NCBI GenBank assembly: GCA_038061695.1
Contig: JBBTYT010000001.1
Span: 1,339 to 65,338 of the forward strand
Length of the DNA: 64,000 nt
Direction: 5' to 3'
Origin: Patescibacteria group bacterium
GTDB lineage: Bacteria; Patescibacteriota; Minisyncoccia; GWC2-36-17; M10-OD1-4
Shown: piece after piece, positions 1-9,773 of the stretch
How positions within the stretch are numbered: the first letter of the stretch is position 1
Layout: each line of letters begins with the position of its first letter
Made by a program: the position numbers and the translations under genes
The notes under the pieces: generated by a model
Told to the model about the DNA's origin: nothing
Databases searched by the model: none
What the model saw: the letters and a program-made list of their open reading frames with translations, nothing else

Positions 1-2333
1 GAAATATCAAGAGTCCTCGTTTGTTTAAGAGAGTTTTTAAATTCCAGTATTTCTTTTTCAACTATTTTTTCAAGAGACTCTGAAGAAAGCGGAATAAAAG
101 TTATGATATTATCTATTCTGTTTATTAATTCAGGTCTTAAAATTTCTTTTAAGGATTTTTGAGATTTTTCTCTTGTGTTTTTAAATTGTTTTCTTCCTTT
201 TTTTCTTCCTTCTTCAAAAAATCCCAAAGACTCTTTATTAAATTCTTCATTTCCTATATTAGATGTCATAACGATAATAGTATTTTTAAAATCAATGGTA
301 TGAGAGCTTGAATCTGTTAAGACTCCTTCATCTAGTATTTGGAGAAGTATGTTAAATATCTGAGGATTGGCCTTTTCTATCTCGTCAAAAAGAATTAAAG
401 ATCGGGGATTATTTTTAACTTTCTCAGTGAGATATCCTCCTTCTTCAAATCCGACATATCCTGGAGGGGAGCCGATAAGTCTTGATATGCTATGCGGTTC
501 GGAAAATTCAGACATATCTATTCTTATAAAGTTGTTAAATGTTTTATTATATGCGTTTTTGCTTCCAAATATCTCTTTTGCTATTTGCTTTGCAAGTTCT
601 GTTTTTCCGACACCAGATGGTCCTAAAAATATAAAAGAGGCAAGAGGTCTTTCTTTATTTCGTATGTTGGCAAATGCTCTTATAACCGTTTCGGAAACTT
701 TTTTTACAGCCTCGTCTTGACCGATAATCTTTTTTAGTAAATTCTTTTTAAGATTTAATATCTTTTTTTTCTCTTCTTTTTCACCTGTAGGCATATTTAA
801 TATTTCAGATAATGTTTTTTCTATATCTTCCTTTGAAAGTGTTTTTCTTTGTTGCGCGTTATTTATTTTAAGTACATTCTTTTTTAGATTCTCTATCTCA
901 TCGGTTAAAAATATTTCTACTTTTTTCAGTTCGGCTCCAGTTTTATAATTCTCATTAAATATCGCCTCTTTTTTTTCATTTTTTACATTCTCAAGATCTT
1001 TTTCAATTTCTGATAATTCCTGCTGTTCTTCTGATGCAATGCTTGAATTACTAAGATGCGCAGATGCTTCATCTATTAAATCCAGAGCTTTGTCCGGTAA
1101 TTTTTTATTAGGAAAATATTTTTCTGAACATAAGATGGCGTAGGAGATAGCTTCATCTGATATACTTATATTATGATGTGATTGATAGGCATCTCTTAGA
1201 TGAGAGATGGTATTAAATGCTTGTTCCGGAGTTTCTTCTTTTATGCGTATTGGATTAAATCTTCTTGCTAAAGCGGAATCTTTTTCTATCGTTTTTTTAT
1301 ATTCTTCAGGCGTTGTTGCGGCTATTACCTTAATATTTCCAGAAGATAGAACAGGTTTTATCATATTAGCCGCATCAAGAGAGCCTGATGCAGAGCCAGC
1401 TCCAACTATCGTATGTATCTCATCTATAAATAGAATAACCTCTTCATTTTCAGCTTCTTCAAGTACATCTTTTAGTCTGGCTTCAAACTCACCTCTAAAT
1501 GATGTGCCGGCGACCAAAAGACCCATATCCAAAGAGAATATTTTTTTATCAAGAAGTTGAGCCGGCACTTGTTTTTTTATTATTTTCTGAGTAAGTCCTC
1601 TTACAATAGCTGTTTTTCCAACTCCAGCCTCTCCAATAAGCAAGGGATTATTTTTAAGTCTGCGTAGAAGTATATGAGATACTCTTTCAATCTCATTATC
1701 TCTACCAAATACAGGAGTTTCTTTTTTATTTTTACATCTCTCATTTAGATTATCACAGAAAAAAGATAGGGCTGGGAATTTCTCACTATATTCCATTCCT
1801 TTTTTATTTTTTTGTGAGGAGTGTCTTTTTCCTTCTTTTGTTATAGTTTGACTTAAAAATCCGTTAGTTGGAATATTTGAAGGGGAGTCTTTTAAATCTT
1901 GAAATTTTACAGAAGATTTTAATGTTTCGTTAATTTGATTTTTTATTTTTTCGTAATTTAAATCTTTTTTTAAGAGTTCTGTTTTTTCAAATATGGCGTA
2001 AAGAATATGCTCAGTTCCGATATATTTATGTTTGTATAAAGATGCGGTAGTGACTGATTTTACGAGAATATTTTTTGATAAGTCATCTAGTTTTTTAAGA
2101 ATAAGATCATGAAGTTTGAATTTTAATTTTTTTACCGTTTTGTATTTTAATTTAACGCCATTTACTAGAAGTATATTATAGGCAAGACAACCTTTTTCTT
2201 TTAAAATTGCACTTAAAATATGCTCAGGAGTTACGAGTTCTGATTTTTTAGATATAGCCTCTGACATCGCGATAAAAAATATATTTTTTGCATGCGATGT
2301 AAATTTTTCAAAAATTTTTTGTTCTGCTTCCAT
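1..2333 (-). CDS. clpC: ATP-dependent Clp protease ATP-binding subunit (ClpC/ClpA-type, two AAA+ modules). The C-terminus runs off the window start.
   Basis: Reverse-strand translation starts MEAEQKIFEKFTSHAKNIFF (Clp_N-like). D1 Walker A LLRRLKNNPLLIGEAGVGKTAIV is encoded around 1560-1670. The D2 segment has GPSGVGKTELAK and an LGF loop, the ClpP-docking type. Forward-frame ORFs 367-720 and 1207-1560 are antisense artifacts. Confidence 0.8.
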   Translation of the reverse strand, partial: MEAEQKIFEKFTSHAKNIFFIAMSEAISKKSELVTPEHILSAILKEKGCLAYNILLVNGVKLKYKTVKKLKFKLHDLILKKLDDLSKNILVKSVTTASLYKHKYIGTEHILYAIFEKTELLKKDLNYEKIKNQINETLKSSVKFQDLKDSPSNIPTNGFLSQTITKEGKRHSSQKNKKGMEYSEKFPALSFFCDNLNERCKNKKETPVFGRDNEIERVSHILLRRLKNNPLLIGEAGVGKTAIVRGLTQKIIKKQVPAQLLDKKIFSLDMGLLVAGTSFRGEFEARLKDVLEEAENEEVILFIDEIHTIVGAGSASGSLDAANMIKPVLSSGNIKVIAATTPEEYKKTIEKDSALARRFNPIRIKEETPEQAFNTISHLRDAYQSHHNISISDEAISYAILCSEKYFPNKKLPDKALDLIDEASAHLSNSSIASEEQQELSEIEKDLENVKNEKKEAIFNENYKTGAELKKVEIFLTDEIENLKKNVLKINNAQQRKTLSKEDIEKTLSEILNMPTGEKEEKKKILNLKKNLLKKIIGQDEAVKKVSETVIRAFANIRNKERPLASFIFLGPSGVGKTELAKQIAKEIFGSKNAYNKTFNNFIRIDMSEFSEPHSISRLIGSPPGYVGFEEGGYLTEKVKNNPRSLILFDEIEKANPQIFNILLQILDEGVLTDSSSHTIDFKNTIIVMTSNIGNEEFNKESLGFFEEGRKKGRKQFKNTREKSQKSLKEILRPELINRIDNIITFIPLSSESLEKIVEKEILEFKNSLKQTRTLDI

Positions 2334-2455
2334 TCTTTTTTATAACATTTATTACGTTTCTTTGCAAGGTAATCGGGCAATAGCTCTTAAGATGGAAATA
2401 TCATATTTTTTTATATTCGTAAGACCACTTTATCTTTTTTTAAAAAGCTTGTATA

Positions 2456-3832
2456 ATGATATTAATGAAAAAGAAAAAGTATTACAAATTTAGAAAGTTA
2501 GAGGCGTTTTTTGCCGTTCTATTTTTTGTGATCTCACTTTCTTTTATTTTTTCTCAATGGAATTATAATCGTAATTCGCCGGCTCAGGCTTCAAGTCATC
2601 CAGTTAAGATTGTTGGAGCCGCTTGGTCAGGTAGTATTGGTTGGATATCTTTTGTTCCTAATTGTGATAAAGATGGTGATGGTCTTTCTGATGGAGGAGT
2701 CGGATGTCCGCCAGCTCTGGATCCTGTTATTACTTATGGTATTTTGCTAGATACGCCAACCGATAATCTTTCAGGAAAAGCTTGGTCTGATTCAGTAGGT
2801 TGGATATCTTTTAATATTGCAGATTTAGCAGGTTGTCCAGATATATTTCCAGGTGATGTAGAGTGTCAGCCAAGGATTGTTGGTGGTAATGTTCTAGGTT
2901 GGGCAAGAGCGCTTAATACTAGCGGTGGTGGCTGGGATGGCTGGATATCTCTCTCTTGTCTTAATTCAGGTGTTTGCGGCACATCTTATTATCAGGTATT
3001 ATTTTCTTTAGCAACAGGAGAGTTTTCAGGGAGCGCATGGGGTGATGTAGTTATTGATTGGGTATCATTTAAGGGTCCAACTTATGGCGTTACAACCGCT
3101 CCAACTACTCCAACTGTTACGGCAAACTCAGTATCAATATTGGATTATTGTGTTGATAATAGAACTCCGGTATTCGTATTCACTTATGATTCTTCTAATT
3201 ATTATCCTATGACTAGTTATGAAATAGTAGTGACTAAGGTTGGGGATGTTCTTCCTTTTAGTAGCATATCAGGACTTCTATCTGTATCTCCTGGTGAATC
3301 TCGCTCTATTACATATACCGGAGCCCCACTTGATAGAAGCGGAGTTGTTGGTATTGATACAGGTTATAACTGGAGTATAAAAGTTACAAATACCGCCGGA
3401 GTGGATTCTTCTTTCACGGATATGGCAGGGAGTCCAGATGTTTTAATAGAGTTTAATAAGAGACCTGTAGTTGATTTTACTTGGGATCCGCTTCTAGTTT
3501 TTCCTGATATAGATATAGATTTTATAAGCGGTGGTTTTGCGGTATGTTATGATTACGATGCTATTGCTGGTAACGATCTTCCTAGGGATTGTACATCGGT
3601 GGATGGTGATACATTTTTATGGGATATTGTTCCTGGCGCGACTTATGTTGGCGGGTCATCAAATGCTTCTGCTGATCCAGTAGTAAATTTTCCTACTTCA
3701 GGAACAAAAATAGCCCAATTAAATATATGGGGAGTAGGCTTTAATACACTTGATGTAGGAGAGTCTTGCCAAATAATAAAAACTTTAGCTGTGAGAAAGC
3801 CAGCTCCAAAATTTCAAGAACAAAGACCATAA
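2456..3832 (+). CDS. Secreted/membrane-anchored hypothetical protein with four W-x4-GWISF-like repeats. It sits first in the pilus locus and is a candidate pilus-associated adhesin.
   Basis: N-terminal TM segment AFFAVLFFVISLSFIF. Repeats AAWSGSIGWISF, KAWSDSVGWISF, GGWDGWISL and SAWGDVVIDWVSF. Lies immediately upstream of pilM. Confidence 0.5.
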   Translation: MILMKKKKYYKFRKLEAFFAVLFFVISLSFIFSQWNYNRNSPAQASSHPVKIVGAAWSGSIGWISFVPNCDKDGDGLSDGGVGCPPALDPVITYGILLDTPTDNLSGKAWSDSVGWISFNIADLAGCPDIFPGDVECQPRIVGGNVLGWARALNTSGGGWDGWISLSCLNSGVCGTSYYQVLFSLATGEFSGSAWGDVVIDWVSFKGPTYGVTTAPTTPTVTANSVSILDYCVDNRTPVFVFTYDSSNYYPMTSYEIVVTKVGDVLPFSSISGLLSVSPGESRSITYTGAPLDRSGVVGIDTGYNWSIKVTNTAGVDSSFTDMAGSPDVLIEFNKRPVVDFTWDPLLVFPDIDIDFISGGFAVCYDYDAIAGNDLPRDCTSVDGDTFLWDIVPGATYVGGSSNASADPVVNFPTSGTKIAQLNIWGVGFNTLDVGESCQIIKTLAVRKPAPKFQEQRP

Positions 3833-3842
3833 ATTTTTTCAA

Positions 3843-4922
3843 ATGAAACTAAACTTAAATTCAAAAATAGATTTTTTAAGTATTTTTCGTGAACATACAT
3901 TTTTAGGTGTTGATATAGGCACATCATCAATAAAAATAGTTCAGCTTACCAGGAGCGGATTAAAATATAAACTTGATACTTATGGTGAAATTCATTTTTT
4001 TTCAAAAAATGAGAATAAAGAATCAGGAGATTCATTAAAAATGTTGGATAATGATGTTGCCTTTTTATTAAAAAAGATAATATTAGAGTCTGGTGCAAAG
4101 GCAAAGAGAGTGGTTATGAGTGTTCCTATATTCTCATCTTTCTCAATCATTATAGATATGCCTGATTTACCAAGAAATGAATTGACAAAAGCTATAGAAT
4201 TCCAAGCTAGACAATATGTCCCGATTCCTGTTAATCAAGTTGTTTTGAGTTATAATATTATAGGAAGAAAAGAGAATGCATCCGGTAATAATATATTACA
4301 GATTCTTTTAGTGGCGATACCGAATGAAGTAAGAGATAAATATTTTAATATAGCAAATATAGCAGGTGTCAAACTTGTATCTTTGGAGGTGGAAACGCTT
4401 CCAATGGTGCGGTCTGTTCTTAAAAATCTTAAAGAGACAGTCATGATAATTGATTTGGGTTTAAAGTCTACTAATTTTTGTATAGTAGATAACGGTGTTG
4501 TGAGATTATCTCATAATTACGATATATCAGGCAGTTCTATAACGCAAGCATTTTTAGGTTTTTCAGGTGGAGATTATAAGAAGGCGGAAAGTCTTAAAAA
4601 AACGATGGGTTTAAATATGACGCCCGGACAAAAAGAGATGGCAAGAGATGTTTTTCATACTATAAATATTATTACAGCAGAAGCAGATAGAATTATGAGC
4701 AGTTATTTTAATAAGTCTAATGTTAGAATGGAAAAGATTATTTTAAGTGGAGGCTCTGCTAATATGTTTGGCCTCAAGGAATATTTTGCAGATAGATTAA
4801 ATTTAGAGGTCGTTGTTGTTGATCCATTTTCAGGTATTATCTATCCAAAAGAATTAGAGAATATTTTGAAAGATATAGGTCCATCTTTTGCTATTGCCTT
4901 AGGACTTGCGATGCGGAAATAG
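3843..4922 (+). CDS. pilM: Type IV pilus assembly protein PilM (actin-like ATPase)
   Basis: LGVDIGTSSIKIVQL phosphate-1 motif; about 360 aa; followed by pilN/pilO-like genes. Confidence 0.75.
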   Translation: MKLNLNSKIDFLSIFREHTFLGVDIGTSSIKIVQLTRSGLKYKLDTYGEIHFFSKNENKESGDSLKMLDNDVAFLLKKIILESGAKAKRVVMSVPIFSSFSIIIDMPDLPRNELTKAIEFQARQYVPIPVNQVVLSYNIIGRKENASGNNILQILLVAIPNEVRDKYFNIANIAGVKLVSLEVETLPMVRSVLKNLKETVMIIDLGLKSTNFCIVDNGVVRLSHNYDISGSSITQAFLGFSGGDYKKAESLKKTMGLNMTPGQKEMARDVFHTINIITAEADRIMSSYFNKSNVRMEKIILSGGSANMFGLKEYFADRLNLEVVVVDPFSGIIYPKELENILKDIGPSFAIALGLAMRK

Positions 4923-5026
4923 GTTTTAGGTGCTAGGAATTTTTTATTTTGAATATATATTGTTAATGTAGTATAATTAAAAAGTTAAAACATAAAAGCT
5001 AACAGCTATAACTTAAAACCTAAAAA

Positions 5027-5551
5027 ATGCCAGATATTTCATTATTACAAAGTGATTACGAAGTGGTTTTGAAGGAAAGTAGAATCCCTAGTATTTTTCT
5101 TACTGTTTCCATAATACTTCTCGTAGTGAGTATAGGTTCATATGTTGGTCTTTTTTTCTATCACGCCACATTAGCTGAGAATTTGAAGCAGGTTTCCATT
5201 GCCATAGAGAGTCTAAGTATTGAAAATGCTTCAAATGAAGCTGGCAGGCTAAGTAAGATGGGCGGTCAATTAGATGTTATTCAATATTTGAGAGAGTTGC
5301 ATACGGATGCGAACGCATCTTTAGCGGTAATTGCAAAATCAGTTCATCCTAAAGTTTATTATAAAGATGCAGATATAAATTTAGTTCAAGGTGAAGCAAA
5401 ATTAACCGGTATTGCTTTGACACCTAAGTCTTTATCAGAGCAAGTGATGATGTATGCCGGAGAGAAGAATATATTAAGCTACGATATTTCCAATATCTCT
5501 TTAGTTAATGATAATGTTAAATTTGAATTAAACTTAAAGATTAAAAAGTAA
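5027..5551 (+). CDS. pilN: PilN-like type IV pilus inner-membrane assembly protein
   Basis: Single N-terminal TM (IFLTVSIILLVVSIGSYVGLFF) followed by a periplasmic region; position after pilM. Confidence 0.5.
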   Translation: MPDISLLQSDYEVVLKESRIPSIFLTVSIILLVVSIGSYVGLFFYHATLAENLKQVSIAIESLSIENASNEAGRLSKMGGQLDVIQYLRELHTDANASLAVIAKSVHPKVYYKDADINLVQGEAKLTGIALTPKSLSEQVMMYAGEKNILSYDISNISLVNDNVKFELNLKIKK

Positions 5552-5557
5552 GTTTTT

Positions 5558-6133
5558 ATGAATAAGGAATACATAACAGGGACAATCTTTCTTATCATCG
5601 CTGTGATTATCTATATTATTTTTATTGAACCAAAATATGCCGAAGTCAAAGTTACAGCAGAGTCTCTTATTGTAAAAAATAATGAGTTTGATGGTTATAG
5701 CGCTTTTATAAAAGATATTGGAAATATAGTTAAAGAATCAGAAGGAGATTTAAAAAGTATTCAAAAAATAGATTCTATCTTACCAGCATCTAAAAATACA
5801 TCTGATGTCCTTGTGAGACTTGATTATATTGCTTCTAGAAATGGACTACTAATGAAGGATGTGAAATTCTCAAATCCGGTGGCAAAATCTCAAAAAACAG
5901 GTAAATACTCAATTATAGATGTTAAGTTGTTTCTTTTAGGATCTTATAATTCATTTTTAAATTTTAGCAAAGATATAAAAAGTAGTAATCCTCTTATGGA
6001 TATAATAGATATCAAATTTTCCAATAATAAAAAAGATGAGGATAGAAACAAAGAGACGAAAGATGAAGTCGGATTATCTTTAGATCCAATTTTTGAATTT
6101 GAGATGAATATAAGTCTTTATTATCAATCTTAA
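5558..6133 (+). CDS. pilO: PilO-like type IV pilus assembly protein
   Basis: N-terminal TM (TIFLIIAVIIYIIFI), coiled-coil-like region, position between pilN and pilB. Confidence 0.45.
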   Translation: MNKEYITGTIFLIIAVIIYIIFIEPKYAEVKVTAESLIVKNNEFDGYSAFIKDIGNIVKESEGDLKSIQKIDSILPASKNTSDVLVRLDYIASRNGLLMKDVKFSNPVAKSQKTGKYSIIDVKLFLLGSYNSFLNFSKDIKSSNPLMDIIDIKFSNNKKDEDRNKETKDEVGLSLDPIFEFEMNISLYYQS

Positions 6134-6135
6134 TT

Positions 6136-6483
6136 ATGAATATTTCAATTAGAAACTTTTTACCGAAAAATGAAAAAACGAAGCAAGATTTAATGACGAT
6201 TATTTTAATAATCTCAACTTTAATAGTTTTTGTTATGATTTATAACTCTTATTTTAAAAAGGCACCCATTATCTCTGTTGTTGATGATGTAAAAAAGACA
6301 TCAGTTGGCGTTATTTCTTCTGCTGAAGCATCAAGGATTATTGTTGATAAAGTGAAAAAAGATATAAAAAGAATACAAGATGAATTAAAAAATCCTTTTT
6401 ACTCCTCTTTAAAAAAATATGAACCTGCAAGCAGTGAGATGGTGAGTCCAGGAAGAGGTAATCCATTCGTTAATACTTTTTAA
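6136..6483 (+). CDS. Small single-pass membrane protein, hypothetical (PilP-position protein)
   Basis: TM LMTIILIISTLIVFVMIY; 2-nt gap from pilO; no recognisable motif. Confidence 0.4.
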   Translation: MNISIRNFLPKNEKTKQDLMTIILIISTLIVFVMIYNSYFKKAPIISVVDDVKKTSVGVISSAEASRIIVDKVKKDIKRIQDELKNPFYSSLKKYEPASSEMVSPGRGNPFVNTF

Positions 6484-6504
6484 ATGATGAATTGATATTT
6501 TTTT

Positions 6505-8214
6505 ATGCAAAAAACACTCATAGATATATTAATAGCTTTAGGCAAAGTATCAGAAAACGATGCTAAGCTTTTAAGGCAAAATTTAACCACCTCTAAAATG
6601 ACAGAGGAGGATTTTTTATTGACTAAGTTTTCGGAAGATATTATTTTTAATGCAAAAAGTAAGTTTTACGGAGTACCACTTAAAGAGATAGCCGAAGATT
6701 ATCGCATTACAAGTTGGGCTTTATCTCAAATCCCGGAAGAAACGGCAAAGACATATAAATTCATACCGCTTAAGAAAGAGGGGTCACTTTTGGAATTAGG
6801 TATGGTTCATCCGCAAGATATGATGGCATCAGATGCTGTGAAATTTATTTTAACAAGTAAAAATCTCAATGCTAATATTTTTTTAATAACGAATACTCAA
6901 TTTGACTCTCTATTTAAACAATACTCTGCTATTGGAGTTAAAGTGCAAGAGGCTATTTCAGAAATTCAAGAAGATGTGGTTCCTGAGATAAAAATCAATT
7001 CGGACGATGGTAGTAAAATTCTTGCGGAGGCCCCAATAAATAAAATAGTCAATGTGATTTTTAAACATGCTTATGAAGGAGGAGCATCCGATATACATAT
7101 TGAGCCGATTGATGATAATACGCGTATAAGATTTAGAGTTGATGGTGTGTTGCACGCATCTTTATACTTGCCAAAGGAGACTCACAGCGCCATAGTTTCT
7201 AAGATTAAGATATTATCAAATCTTAAGATAGATGAATCAAGAATACCTCAGGATGGAAGATTTAGACAGATAATGTATGATCATCCAGTGGATTTTCGTG
7301 TTTCAACATTTCCAACCACTTCAGGAGAAAAGGTTGTTATTCGTATTTTAGATTCATATTCTGGATTAAAGAAAATAGAAGATCTTGGTTTTGTTGGTTA
7401 TTCTTACGATAAGATAATGGAAGCTCTAAAAAGACCATTTGGTATGGTTCTTACAACCGGACCCACCGGTTCAGGAAAATCTACAACACTACAATCAATG
7501 CTCGGTATTTTAAATAAAGAAGAGGTTAATGTGGTAAGCTTAGAGGATCCTGTAGAATATTACATATCAGGAGTTAATCAATCTCAAGTAAGACCTGAGA
7601 TCCAATATACCTTTGCTTCAGGCTTAAGGAGTATATTGCGTCAAGATCCGAATGTTATTATGGTTGGTGAGATAAGAGATAAAGAGACAGCTAACCTAGC
7701 TACTCATGCCGCACTTACAGGGCATATAGTTTTGTCAACAATTCATACGAATGATGCCCTTGGTGTAATACCCAGGCTTATTGATATGGGCGTGGAGTCA
7801 TTTTTGTTGCCACCGGCATTGAATTTAGTTATAGCGCAAAGATTAGTAAAAAAATTATGTGTCTCTTGTAAAACTACATATAAGCCTGAAGGTAGAGCAA
7901 GGGAAATATTAAATGAGGTTATATTGGGGATGCCTAAGTTTTTACAAGATGAATTAAATAAAAATGAAGTAAATATATGTCAAGCTAAAGGGTGTCCAAA
8001 GTGCTCCGGTAAAGGGACGAAGGGGAGAATAGTTATTTTTGAAGTTATAGAGATGACAAAGGAGTTAAGGGATATAATAATAAATGGACAATTTAACGCA
8101 AAGATTGAAGAGGAAACTAAAAGACAGAATATGATAACGATGAAACAAGATGGTATTATTAAGGTGTTAAAAGGTATTATTTCGCTAGAAGATGTTGTAC
8201 AAGCAACAGTTTAG
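6505..8214 (+). CDS. pilB: Type IV pilus assembly ATPase PilB (GspE family)
   Basis: N-terminal GspE_N-like region, Walker A GPTGSGKSTTL, Asp box, His box and a CxxC...CxxC tetracysteine (CVSCK...CPKCSGKG). Confidence 0.85.
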   Translation: MQKTLIDILIALGKVSENDAKLLRQNLTTSKMTEEDFLLTKFSEDIIFNAKSKFYGVPLKEIAEDYRITSWALSQIPEETAKTYKFIPLKKEGSLLELGMVHPQDMMASDAVKFILTSKNLNANIFLITNTQFDSLFKQYSAIGVKVQEAISEIQEDVVPEIKINSDDGSKILAEAPINKIVNVIFKHAYEGGASDIHIEPIDDNTRIRFRVDGVLHASLYLPKETHSAIVSKIKILSNLKIDESRIPQDGRFRQIMYDHPVDFRVSTFPTTSGEKVVIRILDSYSGLKKIEDLGFVGYSYDKIMEALKRPFGMVLTTGPTGSGKSTTLQSMLGILNKEEVNVVSLEDPVEYYISGVNQSQVRPEIQYTFASGLRSILRQDPNVIMVGEIRDKETANLATHAALTGHIVLSTIHTNDALGVIPRLIDMGVESFLLPPALNLVIAQRLVKKLCVSCKTTYKPEGRAREILNEVILGMPKFLQDELNKNEVNICQAKGCPKCSGKGTKGRIVIFEVIEMTKELRDIIINGQFNAKIEEETKRQNMITMKQDGIIKVLKGIISLEDVVQATV

Positions 8215-8249
8215 TAGTTTTTAGTATTATAAATATAAAGTTTTAAAAT

Positions 8250-8624
8250 ATGGATAGAAAAAAAATTTTAATAATAGAGGATGATGCTCTTTTGTCCAAT
8301 ATGTATCAGACAAAATTTAATTCTGAAGGATTTTGTATGATAGTGGTTGCTGATGGCGAGTCTGGTATCAAGCTTTTATCAGAAGGTCTTAATCCAAGTA
8401 TGGTGTTGCTTGATATTGTTATGCCAAAAATGGATGGTATAGAGGTTCTTGAAAAAATAAAGCAAATGGAGATATGTAAAGATGTGCCGGTTATAATGTT
8501 AACAAATTTAGGACAGAAGGAGAATATTGATAAAGCTACGAAGTCTGGTGCCGTAGGTTATATTGTAAAGGCGAATTATACGCCATCCGAAGTTGTGAAA
8601 AAAGTTAGAGAAATTATAGGCTAG
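8250..8624 (+). CDS. Single-domain response regulator receiver (CheY-like) embedded between pilB and pilT
   Basis: KILIIEDD acidic pocket, phosphoacceptor in MVLLDIVMPKMDG, TNLGQ, K in GYIVKA; 124 aa with no output domain. Confidence 0.75.
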   Translation: MDRKKILIIEDDALLSNMYQTKFNSEGFCMIVVADGESGIKLLSEGLNPSMVLLDIVMPKMDGIEVLEKIKQMEICKDVPVIMLTNLGQKENIDKATKSGAVGYIVKANYTPSEVVKKVREIIG

Positions 8625-8650
8625 ATTAATTAAATGATTTTTTAAATATT

Positions 8651-9718
8651 ATGAATGATTTAAAAAGAGAATTTGAGGCGTTGCTTTACGAGGTTGTTGC
8701 AAGAAAGGCATCTGATTTACATTTATCAATAGGAAGGAAACCTCAATTTAGAATAGACGGCTCTCTGGTTACTTTTGAAGAGGCGGATATCATAAGTGAA
8801 AAGAAGGGTAATGATTTAATGTCTATTCTTATGAGTGAGAATCAGAAAGAAAGATTTTTGGAAAATAGAGAAATAGATTTTTCATATACAGTTGATGGTA
8901 TAGGAAGATTTCGCGTTAATGTTTTTTTTCAGAGAGGTAATTTTTCAGTAGCCTTAAGACTTATTCCAAGCTCTATACAGACATTGGACGAACTTGGACA
9001 TCCTGATGTTTTGCATGATCTTTTAAAAACTTCACAAGGATTTTTTATTGTTGTCGGTCCTTCAGGTCAAGGTAAATCTACTACGCTCGCATCAATGATA
9101 GATGAAATAAATCATCAAAGGAAAAATCATATAGTTACAATAGAGGATCCGATAGAGTATTTATTTGAAGATATTAAATCAATTATTGATCAGAGGGAGG
9201 TTGGTAATGATACAAAAGGTTTTAATGTGGCATTGCGTTCTGTTTTGCGTCAGGATCCAGATGTTATTATGGTTGGTGAAATGAGGGATTCAGAAACAAT
9301 ATCAGCGGCTATTACCGCTTCGGAAACAGGACATCTTGTTTTTTCAACATTGCATACGAATAATGCTTCACAAACAATAGATAGAATAATAGACTCTTTC
9401 CCACCGGCGCAACAGAGTCAGATAAAGGCTCAACTTGCAGGAACGCTTTTAGGGGTTCTTTCAAAGAGGTTAATTCCAAGGATAGACGGAGGTAGAGTAG
9501 CGGCATTTGAGCTTCTAATAGCAAATTCAGCTGTTAGAAATCTAATTAGAGAAGGAAAGACACATCAAATTGATCTTGTTATTGAAACATCAGCAGATAT
9601 AGGTATGGTATCTTTAAATAAATCGCTTTCTTATCTTGTAAAAAGCGGAATTATTACTATGGAGAACGCCGAGATGCACTCTCTTAACCCAGTGGAATTA
9701 AGGATGCTTATTAAATAG
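8651..9718 (+). CDS. pilT: Twitching motility/retraction ATPase PilT
   Basis: Walker A GPSGQGKSTTL; 355 aa; lacks a GspE_N domain; AIRNLIREGK motif typical of PilT. Confidence 0.8.
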   Translation: MNDLKREFEALLYEVVARKASDLHLSIGRKPQFRIDGSLVTFEEADIISEKKGNDLMSILMSENQKERFLENREIDFSYTVDGIGRFRVNVFFQRGNFSVALRLIPSSIQTLDELGHPDVLHDLLKTSQGFFIVVGPSGQGKSTTLASMIDEINHQRKNHIVTIEDPIEYLFEDIKSIIDQREVGNDTKGFNVALRSVLRQDPDVIMVGEMRDSETISAAITASETGHLVFSTLHTNNASQTIDRIIDSFPPAQQSQIKAQLAGTLLGVLSKRLIPRIDGGRVAAFELLIANSAVRNLIREGKTHQIDLVIETSADIGMVSLNKSLSYLVKSGIITMENAEMHSLNPVELRMLIK

Positions 9719-9773
9719 AGGTTTTTAAGTATTAATCTAAAACCTAAAAACTATAACCTAAGACCTAGAAAAA

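Noticed and set aside
367-1560. Two 117-aa plus-strand ORFs at 367-720 and 1207-1560
   Set aside because: They lie antisense to a clear minus-strand ClpC-type ATPase (Walker A GEAGVGKTAIV and GPSGVGKTELAK read on the reverse strand). The products are low-complexity and Ser/Phe-rich.
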